NCBI RefSeq assembly: GCF_009827135.1 | Contig: NZ_CP046534.1 | Location: 300,001-332,000, forward strand | Origin: Blochmannia endosymbiont of Camponotus nipponensis | GTDB lineage: Bacteria; Pseudomonadota; Gammaproteobacteria; Enterobacterales; Enterobacteriaceae | Length of the DNA: 32,000 bases | Direction: 5' to 3' | In this document: piece by piece, positions 22,001 to 31,695 of the stretch | Position numbering within the stretch: position 1 is the stretch's first letter | Layout: the number at the start of each line of letters is the position of its first letter | Translations under genes and position numbers: made by a program | The notes under the pieces: generated by a model | The model's database searches: none | What the model saw: the letters and a program-made list of their open reading frames with translations, nothing else | Told to the model about the DNA's origin: nothing

Positions 22001-22438
22001 GATTGGAATCATAAAGAAATTATTATTCCAAACAAAGAATTTATCACAAAAAAATTCATCAATTGGTCTTTATCAGATACATTAACACGCGTAGTACTAC
22101 GTGTTCCTGCTCCATTACAAACAGATATGAAAAATATAGTAAAAGTCTTGTTACAAATAGCAAAAAATTCTTCCTTTGCCTTAAGTACTCCCTCTCCAGA
22201 GGTATATTTAGTAGATCTACAGCAAGGATTACCTGTATTCGAAATACGAATACATATATCAGATATAAAACTTCGTATGCCTTTATGTCATCAAATACAT
22301 ATGTTAATCATAGAATATTATCAAAACAACGGACTAAAACTACCATATTTCCCTATATTTATGCATAACAATCAACTGTCCTCCATTGATACTTTTGATT
22401 CTAACTATCCTAACACCAATCATTACACAAAAAAATAA
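19040..22438 (+). CDS. mscM: Large MscS-family mechanosensitive channel (MscM/YjeP type)
   Basis: The 1132-aa product has an N-terminal signal/TM segment, about 450 aa of Q/N/K-rich coiled-coil-like periplasmic region, multiple TM helices, and a C-terminal MscS core (LGVGLGFGLQEIFANFISGLMILFEKPIRIGDTVTI....G.ITRINTRATIITDW..KEIIIPNKEFI). It lies immediately downstream of psd, as mscM does in E. coli. The paralog MscK cannot be excluded without a search. Confidence 0.82.
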   Translation: MDTVQKRAIFCKYFFFLIYILGYLFPLTTISCNFSYTQEIKKYLQNAQKKENINIQNKTMINSPQSTLHFISERKYSKIKINKNQKVINDFSHITFQLIKEYEKTSNKNINIYKNLCDPELKQKLFQINNQLTNSPKQLQQKHYIEYSLNESLMFLPKQQVTTQNKLNNLDQQKILYVNTSINTPIEPKKFTTSHIEQKNKSLNMDELKFNQLKVNNYKELSPIHITLLNNNYNHTDNKLEVLKHQLNYIHQEETKKTVEYTKKVLIQENNALPKSIEKQLKTNRDLAIILNQQAHYINNIALKKQEIASHISQVHQTFHNLLEQAQWLDKSPALREILRSQVSKLPEMPKSQQLDHDMAQLRAKRLRYENQLNKLNSPMLHQIKQDDGTPLTLSQQHILETQLATQRNIITLLLNNIEKQILELTQLKVAHTELKEALKNIRKAIHRYLFWTTDVHPITVSYPIDIYQDLYKLLIIDKFNYQIISSLKMIFTNRNTWIPIILCIIISIGFHFGAYHHYQKFLERSSKKIGKVNQDNFLLTFHNIWYSMLIALPAPILWMVIGYSLNHAWLYPISVAISDGIYATTFILWMCIVSAYFASSKGLFITHFGWPKKRVQQVFSHHYIWSVGTIVFLIMTLIAFNSYNDKEFNNTLGRLCFILLCVYLTFITNNLKCSGLPLYLNKYDSSDNIINRSLWNIMICAPIIAVISCTVGHLIASQELLARLETSLFIWIMLLIIYHTIRRWMSIQRRRIAFERAKQKRVIQLAHRTRYNESNYCQLNTSTLIFDNEKNKKILDLDTISTQSLQLIRSILTIIALLLMTFLWSDLYSAFSFLENITLWDVTSTIKGADNIQPITLNSFLIAILVIIITKKTVKNLPALLELTFLQHLDLTPGTGYAITTLTKYILMLIGGMIGCSLIGIEWTKIQWLVAALGVGLGFGLQEIFANFISGLMILFEKPIRIGDTVTINNLTGNITRINTRATIITDWNHKEIIIPNKEFITKKFINWSLSDTLTRVVLRVPAPLQTDMKNIVKVLLQIAKNSSFALSTPSPEVYLVDLQQGLPVFEIRIHISDIKLRMPLCHQIHMLIIEYYQNNGLKLPYFPIFMHNNQLSSIDTFDSNYPNTNHYTKK

Positions 22439-22451
22439 AAATTACTATGAC

Positions 22452-23021
22452 TTACTTAGCTCGCGATATATATGTTCCCAAACGAGTATTAATTTTAATT
22501 GATTCTCCTAATTGAATAAAAAATGGTACTTTAACTGTAGCACCAGTGCTTACAGTAGCTAACTTAGTTCCAGACGATCCAGCACTGTTCTTTTTTACCA
22601 CCGGAGTAGTCTTCACTATTTTTAATTCTATACAATCAGGAGGAGTAATAAGAATCGGAAAGTTATCCCACAAAGTGATTACATAATGTAGTTGATTAAT
22701 AATCCATTTAAAATTCGATCCCATTATTTTTTCAGAAACAGCGATCTCTTCAAAATTTTTTTCATTCATAAAATACCAAACTTTACTATCATGATACATA
22801 TAAACTACATTGACCTCTGTTACATTAGCTGATTCTAAATAATCTCCAGACTTAAAAGTCTTTTCTAAAATTTTTCCAGAAATTATTTGTCTAAACTTTA
22901 AACGACTAAAAGCTTGACATTTTCCAGGTTTTATAGACTCACTACTAATAATAACACACGGCTCTCCATTTTGAATAATCTTTAATCCCGATTTAAATTC
23001 ATTAATATTATATAATACCAT
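22452..23021 (-). CDS. efp: Elongation factor P
   Basis: The 189-aa product has EFKSGLKI...GEP......[13 protein letters not shown]....G...EKTFKS.D..E.A.V.......Y.Y.D...W.FM and KVPFFIQ.GE.IK..TR.G.Y.SRAK, collinear with E. coli EF-P. Lys34 is retained. Confidence 0.95.
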   Translation of the reverse strand: MVLYNINEFKSGLKIIQNGEPCVIISSESIKPGKCQAFSRLKFRQIISGKILEKTFKSGDYLESANVTEVNVVYMYHDSKVWYFMNEKNFEEIAVSEKIMGSNFKWIINQLHYVITLWDNFPILITPPDCIELKIVKTTPVVKKNSAGSSGTKLATVSTGATVKVPFFIQLGESIKINTRLGTYISRAK

Positions 23022-23079
23022 GCGAATTACTTCTTAAAAAAACCATACAATCTCACTAATAACCATTACAAAACACCTT

Positions 23080-23151
23080 TTTAAATAAACAACCCTAATT
23101 TTTAAGAAATTAGGATTATACAGATTAATAGATTAGGGTTGTTTATTTAAA
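23080..23151 (-). terminator. Perfect 20-bp inverted repeat (32-nt spacer) with a nested 8-bp hairpin plus U-rich tail. It is the likely intrinsic terminator or attenuator after groEL, and sits just upstream of efp.
   Basis: The arms are 23080-23099 (TTTAAATAAACAACCCTAAT) and 23132-23151 (ATTAGGGTTGTTTATTTAAA). A third half-site (AAATTAGG, 23107-23114) can pair with 23094-23101. On the groEL transcript this gives CCUAAUUU-CUUAA-AAAUUAGG followed by GUUGUUUAUUUAAAAAGGUGUUUUG. The element starts 24 nt after the groEL stop. Confidence 0.5.
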
Positions 23152-23174
23152 TTATAATAATTGCAAGACACAAA

Positions 23175-24860
<1,686 letters not shown>

Positions 24861-25154
24861 TTATTTCTCAACGATAGCAAGGATATCGCTTTCTGACATA
24901 ATTAATACTTCTTCATTATCAATTTTCTCCACTTTTACACCATACCCGTCATTGAAAATCACGGTATCACCAATACGTACATCTAAAGCCTTTACCCCCC
25001 CGTTTTCCAAAACACGGCCATGACCAACAGCCAATACCTCTCCGCGTGTAGATTTCCCTGCCGCAGACCCAGTCAACACAATACCGCCTGCAGATTTTGA
25101 TTCAACCTCTTTACGTTTAACAATTACACGATCATGTAATGGACGAATTTTCAT
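24861..25154 (-). CDS. groES: Co-chaperonin GroES (10 kDa)
   Basis: [94 protein letters not shown] lies upstream. Confidence 0.98.
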   Translation of the reverse strand: MKIRPLHDRVIVKRKEVESKSAGGIVLTGSAAGKSTRGEVLAVGHGRVLENGGVKALDVRIGDTVIFNDGYGVKVEKIDNEEVLIMSESDILAIVEK

Positions 25155-25266
25155 TTAATGCTCCCTAATTATATTATCTAATTATTTGCATCCCTATGTT
25201 AAAGATCTCTTAAGTTAGAGAGTAGATGCAAATTTTATTAATATTCACTACCTCAGGACAATACTT

Positions 25267-25298
25267 AAAATGGGGGCATTCAAGACCGCTTCAAGGGG
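25267..25298 (-). promoter_or_regulatory. Sigma-32 (RpoH) heat-shock promoter of groES-groEL
   Basis: The reverse strand reads CCCCTTGAA-GCGGTCTTGAATG-CCCCCATTTT. This matches the sigma-32 consensus (-35 CCCTTGAA, 13-14 nt spacer, -10 CCCCATNT) and closely resembles the E. coli groE promoter (CCCCCTTGAA-N13-CCCCATTTC). It is a conspicuous GC-rich island in an otherwise AT-rich spacer, about 110 nt upstream of the groES ATG. Confidence 0.72.
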
Positions 25299-25571
25299 CG
25301 ATAAAAAATTTTTTACATATATACATATTTGAATCTCCATAAAAATACCTGCTCATAATTAATAAAAAATTAACACTCATTATTGTTTAATACTTCCTAC
25401 ATAATTATCATCTAATACGATGGATATAAATCCAAAATACAAGTTTAATTTCATTAAATATTAATACATACATACTAAAATAATCAATAAAATATTGAAA
25501 AACAAAATATTAATACACACTATAAATGTATAGTTTATAAATATATCAATTAAACATTCAAAAATAAAAAA

Positions 25572-25883
25572 ATGATAATAATCTTGTGTACCATACCTAA
25601 CGATATGTCTATTGTTTGCAATTTAACAAAAACTCTATTACATCATAAACTGGCAGCATGTATAACTTTATTTAAAGAAGTACGTTCATTTTATTATTGG
25701 GACAATACTCTAAAAGAAAGCATTGAATTACAATTGTTAATAAAAACAAAAAGTCTCTTAAAAGAACCAGTTTTTAATACAATCAAAAAATTGCATCCCT
25801 ATAAAGTTCCAGAATTATTAGTCCTCCCTATAATAGACGGAGAATCAAATTATTTATCATGGATGCGATCAATGTTAAAATGA
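25572..25883 (+). CDS. cutA: Divalent-cation tolerance protein CutA
   Basis: The 103-aa product has ILCT.P......L...LL..KLAAC.TL......S.YYW...L.......L.IKT.......V...IK.LHPY.VPELLVLPI..G...YLSW, collinear with the E. coli CutA core. Confidence 0.9.
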   Translation: MIIILCTIPNDMSIVCNLTKTLLHHKLAACITLFKEVRSFYYWDNTLKESIELQLLIKTKSLLKEPVFNTIKKLHPYKVPELLVLPIIDGESNYLSWMRSMLK

Positions 25884-25938
25884 TGCTAGTATTCTAAATA
25901 TTCGTTGAATACATAATGATTAATGAATAATTATAGTA

Positions 25939-25980
25939 GTATTATAAGCCAATTGAATTGGCTTATAATACCCTTTTATT
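25939..25980 (+). terminator. Intrinsic terminator downstream of cutA (33-bp perfect palindrome followed by a T-run)
   Basis: GTATTATAAGCCAATT-G-AATTGGCTTATAATAC (25939-25971) has 16-bp perfect arms and is followed by CCTTTTATT. It begins 56 nt after the cutA stop. Arms this long are not expected by chance in 32 kb. Confidence 0.6.
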
Positions 25981-26195
25981 AGGTACAACATTGTATATTT
26001 GTAACTTTTATTGCGATCATGACATATTAAAACTAACAACAGAGGAGAATACTATTCTCTTTAAAGGAAGAACACAATCTAGTACAGATAAATAATAACA
26101 TAAACATGTCACTGAGAATGAATAACTTGTCTAACAATTATTTACTATTTTAAAATATTTAAGATACAAATCTCATCATTAATAAACAAAATATA

Positions 26196-26223
26196 TTGAC
26201 GAAACCAAAAGAATCAAGATAAT
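26196..26223 (+). promoter_or_regulatory. Candidate sigma-70 promoter for tRNA-Phe
   Basis: TTGACG (26196-26201), a 16-nt spacer, then GATAAT (26218-26223), ending about 48 nt upstream of the mature tRNA 5' end. In AT-rich DNA -10-like hexamers are common, so support rests mainly on the good -35 element and its spacing. Confidence 0.35.
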
Positions 26224-26270
26224 ACAATTAAGTTCTTTTACACTGCTCATATTAAAAAAAACAATTAAAA

Positions 26271-26343
<73 letters not shown>

Positions 26344-27671
26344 TATGTTACAAAGATACAACTCAAGACGATGTCCAATTCAACTGAAAACATTTTAATG
26401 ACACATTTACATTTATATCAATTTTACATGGAGTTACCCATCAACAAGCAGATTGCTCTTAGTAACATATTTATAAAAAAATAAATAAAAAACTGTACGT
26501 GATATAAAAATTTTCACTTTATGATAATACGCAAAACAGATGATTGCGTGTAACTATTATAGGTATACATACGAAAACCCAGATAATTTTAGGTTATCTA
26601 TAACCTGTACAATCCACATTATATCTATAAACAGAAAACTATATTTTCGTATTATCGTTGATAACCGTTAAAAACCAACAAATCAACAGTACTTAAGAAA
26701 CAATTTTAGACTAACTAAATAGCAAATAATCATCAATATCCATTGATAAATGAAAAGTTTATTATACATATATAATTTCACTGTCATCATGAAAAATGCT
26801 AACACTGTTAATAATTATTAGTTAACTATAAGAATATATAAAAACTCACGACTGACTTTCGGATTAAAAGATAATAAATAAAAAATTAATTTTTTAACTA
26901 TACTCAACGAGTATAAAGTAATAAAATTAAAGTTGATTACTAAATTTTATTACATGCAACTAATAGAATGCAGGTACCAACAATCACTATAATAATTTTT
27001 GAAATGTTATTTTCTATAAAAATCTGCTCTTTCTAATACTGTAAAAAACATGCGTTTTTCTATCAAAAACTTTAACTACTTATATCATCACAACAACAAA
27101 TTATACTGATCTTCTAAACATTTAGAAGACACCATAATTATTATCAAAATAATACTTTATTATCAATGACTAAATTAAATTCTACATATCACATAAATAA
27201 TACAACAACGCAATTCAAATATACACTTATAAACTCATGGTAATTATTATAATCCCACCATAATAAGGGATTATACCATTATTATACTACAGAACTAGGC
27301 AATAATTTATTTTAATAACTATCTTGATCAATTACAACCATGTATATACATATTAATCATTATACCAACCCCAGCCGATATATCACATATATAACTACAC
27401 TAACAATAAATTTTCTATCGTCATAAATTTATATTATATTTTACCCATACAATCTTGAGCTCTGTTATTTTTACTCCAATTAAAATCAAATATCAAAACA
27501 TCTGTTAAATAAATTCTTACTTTCACAGTATTATTATAAAAATTAAAAAATAAAAATTAGCATATATTCTAACATACGTTTATAATATATGAAAAATACG
27601 TATTTCTTATGCATTCTTAAAATTAAAACTAATTTTTTATTTTTATCATTCATCTATTCAATATAATAATC

Positions 27672-28874
27672 ATGAAAAAATTTGAAACAAAACTAATTAC
27701 ATCTGGAAGAGATATAAAATATACATACGGAGCGATTAATCCTATCATCCAACGGACATCTTCGGTAGTATTTAATTCAATTACACAACAACAACAAGCT
27801 ATTAAAAATCATAATATAACCGATAAATTATTTTACGGGCGCTATGGAACTATTACTCATTTTTCCTTACGTCAATCAATGATCGAGTTAGAAAATGGCG
27901 TGGGTTGCGTACTATATCCATGTGGTACAGCAGCAATTACTCATACTATCCTTTCTTTTATACGCCCAGGAGACCATATATTAATGACAGGATCAGCATA
28001 TGAACCCACTCAAAAATTCTGTCGATATTTTTTAAAAAAAATGAATATAGACACTACTTGGTTCGATCCATTAATTATTGGGCATGATCTTTCTAATTTA
28101 ATTCAACATAACACTCGTTTAGTTATATTAGAATCACCAGGATCAATAACTATGGAAGTACAAAATATTCCTGATATCGTCAAAACAATACGTAAAAAAA
28201 AATCAGATATAATTGTATTATTAGATAATACTTGGTCGGCAGGAATTTTTTTTAAAGCATTAGATATGGGAGTAGATATTTCTCTGCAATCAGGGACTAA
28301 GTATATTATAGGTCATTCTGATGGAATGATAGGAACTGCAGTGTCCAATGCACGTTGTTGGGATCAATTACAAGAACAATCTTTTTTGATGGGTCAAATG
28401 GTCGATTCTGACACCGCTTACATGGCATCACGTGGACTACGTACTTTATATATTAGATTAAAACAACATGAAGAAAATGGATTACACGTTGCTCATTGGT
28501 TAGCTCAACACCCCGCAGTAGAACGAGTCAATCATCCTGCTTTAGCTTCATGTAAAGGACATGAATACTTTATAAGAGATTTCAGTGGATCTAGCGGTTT
28601 ATTCTCATTTATTCTGAAACAACGTTTAAATAATTGGCAATTATCTAATTTTGTTGATCATTTTAGATACTTTAAAATTGCATATTCCTGGGGTGGATTT
28701 GAATCGTTAATTTTAGTCAATCAAGTCGAAGAACTGCATCCCATACGTCCCGCCGGTACCCTAGATTTTAAAGGAACGTTAGTTCGAGTCCATATAGGAT
28801 TAGAACATCCTAATGACTTAATTAATGATTTATCAGATGGTCTTAACCGTATAAATATACAACAATCAATATAA
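27672..28874 (+). CDS. metC: Cystathionine beta-lyase MetC (PLP-dependent)
   Basis: The 400-aa product has T.L...GR..KYT.GA.N..IQR.SS.VF.S, FYGR.GT.THFSL...M.ELE.G.GCVL.PCG.AA, AYEP.Q.FC, LESPGSITMEV and DNTW.AG..FKALD.G.D.S.Q..TKY..GHSD.MIGTAV (PLP-Lys in TKY), plus ARCW.QL.E...LMGQMVD.DTAY...RGLRTL, SGLFSF.LK and YSWGG.ESLIL, collinear with E. coli MetC. Confidence 0.93.
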   Translation: MKKFETKLITSGRDIKYTYGAINPIIQRTSSVVFNSITQQQQAIKNHNITDKLFYGRYGTITHFSLRQSMIELENGVGCVLYPCGTAAITHTILSFIRPGDHILMTGSAYEPTQKFCRYFLKKMNIDTTWFDPLIIGHDLSNLIQHNTRLVILESPGSITMEVQNIPDIVKTIRKKKSDIIVLLDNTWSAGIFFKALDMGVDISLQSGTKYIIGHSDGMIGTAVSNARCWDQLQEQSFLMGQMVDSDTAYMASRGLRTLYIRLKQHEENGLHVAHWLAQHPAVERVNHPALASCKGHEYFIRDFSGSSGLFSFILKQRLNNWQLSNFVDHFRYFKIAYSWGGFESLILVNQVEELHPIRPAGTLDFKGTLVRVHIGLEHPNDLINDLSDGLNRINIQQSI

Positions 28875-28994
28875 ATATTATTTATATTGAAATATTCTAA
28901 ACTTTCAAATTCACGGATACGATAATAATCATGTAACTTTCATTATCACAGACACAAGTACTATTATTGTAACCACGTAACTATTCCCGTATTT

Positions 28995-29016
28995 TTCAAA
29001 AACCTGTACACAGGTT
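28995..29016 (-). terminator. Candidate intrinsic terminator after plsC
   Basis: The reverse strand reads AACCTG-TGTA-CAGGTT followed by TTTGAAAAAT. The stem is 6 bp and the T-run is short. It lies 45 nt downstream of the plsC stop, in the convergent metC/plsC spacer. Confidence 0.33.
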
Positions 29017-29060
29017 AACACAACACATACTAAAACTATACATACTAATACATTAAAAAA

Positions 29061-29828
29061 TTATTTCATAACATGTGTGTTTAACGATCTAGTTATTTGC
29101 ATTTCGTATTCAACCACTTCTTTATTTAAAGAATCAATTTTTAACTTCATAACTTCATAACAATATTGAGTCATATCTCTCACTTTGTTAGGTTCATATT
29201 TCTGAGTATATATAGGATCCATAATTTCAATAATCACTAAACCATTAGACCACCGATTTAGTTTTATTTTTTTATTAGAAATATTAGACACACATACAGG
29301 CACAACTGGGACTCTAGCCGAAATTGCAGCATGAAAAGCACCAATTTTAAATGGTAATAATCCTCGACCAGCACTGCGTGTACCTTCCGGAAATACCCAA
29401 ATAGAAATATCACGCGCTTTTATAACTTTAGCTATTTGTAGTAAAGTAGTATGAGATCTAATACTTTGACTACGATTTATTAATATATTGCCACATAACC
29501 AATACAGTTGTCCAAAAAACGGAATCCACAATAAATTTTTTTTACCCACTATTATTGTACGTGGCCTCACAACACACGCTGCTGTGATCATATCATAATT
29601 ATTTTGATGATTAGCTATATATATACAATGCTTCGGTAATTGATCGCTTGATAAATTTCGTATTTTAACTTGAATACCAAAAATAGGAGCCATGCTCCCA
29701 AACAAACGACCAAATAAAGCAGTATGATATAATCGCTGACGCGGTCTAAATAAACAATAAATAATACCAAATATACAAATAATAATTGAAGCCATCAAAA
29801 CTAAAATAATACGCATAACTGCAAGCAT
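29061..29828 (-). CDS. plsC: 1-acyl-sn-glycerol-3-phosphate acyltransferase
   Basis: Contains IYIANHQNNYDM (the HX4D acyltransferase motif), VGKK.LLWIPFFGQLYWL.GN.LI.R, W.FPEGTRS.GRGLLPFK.GAFHAAI.A.VP..P.CVS and N.L.NG.VI.E, collinear with E. coli PlsC including the N-terminal TM segment. Confidence 0.93.
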   Translation of the reverse strand: MLAVMRIILVLMASIIICIFGIIYCLFRPRQRLYHTALFGRLFGSMAPIFGIQVKIRNLSSDQLPKHCIYIANHQNNYDMITAACVVRPRTIIVGKKNLLWIPFFGQLYWLCGNILINRSQSIRSHTTLLQIAKVIKARDISIWVFPEGTRSAGRGLLPFKIGAFHAAISARVPVVPVCVSNISNKKIKLNRWSNGLVIIEIMDPIYTQKYEPNKVRDMTQYCYEVMKLKIDSLNKEVVEYEMQITRSLNTHVMK

Positions 29829-30174
29829 TTCTTCTCCTTAAATGTATCGTCAAAAATTTTTTAATAAAAATTATATTCATCGTATATATTTAAGCGATCA
29901 AACCGCACCATTTTTAGTGTATATTATTAACAACAGTTCTTATGATTAATCACTCCAATTATAAAGACCATCCTTATTTTGAATATATAACTTTGTTATA
30001 TATATATAGCAATACTATAATAATACAAATAATATTTTTTATACATATACAAAACTTCCTTGAATCAAACATACTATCATCTATAATAATGCAATGATAT
30101 AAATTCGCTATATAACAAAAATTTACAATATTCTTCAGTTATAGAGTTCGCTACTAAATTACCAATAGCTTATA

Positions 30175-30819
30175 TTAAGTTGCACGGATACGATAAGCTA
30201 TCAAGTCTGAAATAGTTAAAACTGGCATTGTGTATCTATGTGCAAATGCAATTATATCTAATATACGTGCCATACTTCCATCCTCGTTGGTAACCTCACA
30301 TAATACCCCAAACGGTCTAAGCCCTGCTAACACAGTTAAATCAATTGCTGCTTCCGTATGACCAAATCGAGCCAAAACCCCACCATTTCGAGCGCGCAAA
30401 GGAAAAACATGACCGGGCCGATTCAAATCGGAAGGTCTTGCATTATCTTCTATAGAAGCTCTAATAGTAGTTAATCTATCTGAGGCTGACACTCCAGTAG
30501 TGACTCCTTTTGCTGCTTCTATAGTGACAGTAAAAGCAGTGTTATAACGATTACTATTATCTTCTACCATCATTGCCAAATTTAACTGCTTACACCGATC
30601 CTCCGTTAAACATAAACAAACAATTCCACTACCATAACGAATGGCTAATGCCATTTGTTCAACAGTCATATTTTCTGCAGCAAATATCATATCACCTTCA
30701 TTCTCACGATTTTCATCATCCATTACCAAAATACCACGACCACGACGTAACGCTTCTAACGCATTTTGAACGCGCTGTATAGGTGTACCAAATTTAGATA
30801 AAAATTTCCGCCGATGCAT
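30175..30819 (-). CDS. ribB: 3,4-dihydroxy-2-butanone-4-phosphate synthase
   Basis: The ORF-track start at 30840 is TTG. ATG 30819 gives [72 protein letters not shown]...[25 protein letters not shown]...[45 protein letters not shown], aligning with E. coli RibB from residue 1. Confidence 0.95.
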   Translation of the reverse strand: MHRRKFLSKFGTPIQRVQNALEALRRGRGILVMDDENRENEGDMIFAAENMTVEQMALAIRYGSGIVCLCLTEDRCKQLNLAMMVEDNSNRYNTAFTVTIEAAKGVTTGVSASDRLTTIRASIEDNARPSDLNRPGHVFPLRARNGGVLARFGHTEAAIDLTVLAGLRPFGVLCEVTNEDGSMARILDIIAFAHRYTMPVLTISDLIAYRIRAT

Positions 30820-31695
30820 GATTATTTCAATCCTTCTCAAATACCATAATTTATCAACATCAAAACAAACTCACTATAAGTACAAATATAATTTAAAACC
30901 CAAATACATATTAACTAAAATTTCTATACATTGTCCTCTTTATTCAAACTATCTCCACAAATATTTAAATTATACAACACCAACATACATAAAATCTCCA
31001 TAACAATACTCTACTTATTACATATTTTTATCGTAAAAAATACAATTCATAGATATCATAAACTATTCTCAAACCAACCATTCCATCTGACTTTAAAAAT
31101 AAATTAACACATTAGATATTTCATGGCATATGTGCCATATAAAGAAACTAGAAACATGTATTACAACAATATTTATTGTACTTAATATCACAGTGAGTGA
31201 TTAAAATAACTAATAGGATCAATTACATTAATCTTACAAATTAAAAAAAACAAGACCATTATTACATGATCCATTTCCTACAATTATTCAATATTTTACA
31301 TATAATTTATATGAAAACACCTTAAAACTATTTAGTAGATGAAACGATATAATATAAATTATTACAGTCAAAATAACTAATTACAAATATCAAATCTTAT
31401 TTAAAGCTCAACAAAAAATAATCAAAAAATTTAAAATATCATACACCAAACATAAACATCAACTTCACAGTAAATGGAACATTCATTATTCTAATAGTGA
31501 ACTAAATTAAAAAATCTTATATAATCACATTATTATCAACACATATAATCATATCATTAATATATCAATATATTGATACCCTATTTGTATCTGAGTAGTA
31601 TGATTACACACAAAATTCCTTACTTTTGAAATAGTTATTATACTTTCATTAGCATCGTATCATAAATACATATCCATAATATATTCACATTATCT

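Noticed and set aside
27580-27625. Two ATACGT motifs upstream of metC, considered as possible MetJ boxes.
   Set aside because: They do not match the AGACGTCT tandem 8-mer architecture of met boxes, and a duplicated 6-mer in AT-rich DNA is unremarkable.
31080-31138. A possible fragment of the FMN riboswitch (AAAGTCAGATGGAATGG plus the adjacent ATGGCA/TGCCAT hairpin) upstream of ribB.
   Set aside because: It is a single short degenerate match with none of the other conserved RFN cores, and it lies further from the start codon than expected. It cannot be called a riboswitch without a covariance-model hit.
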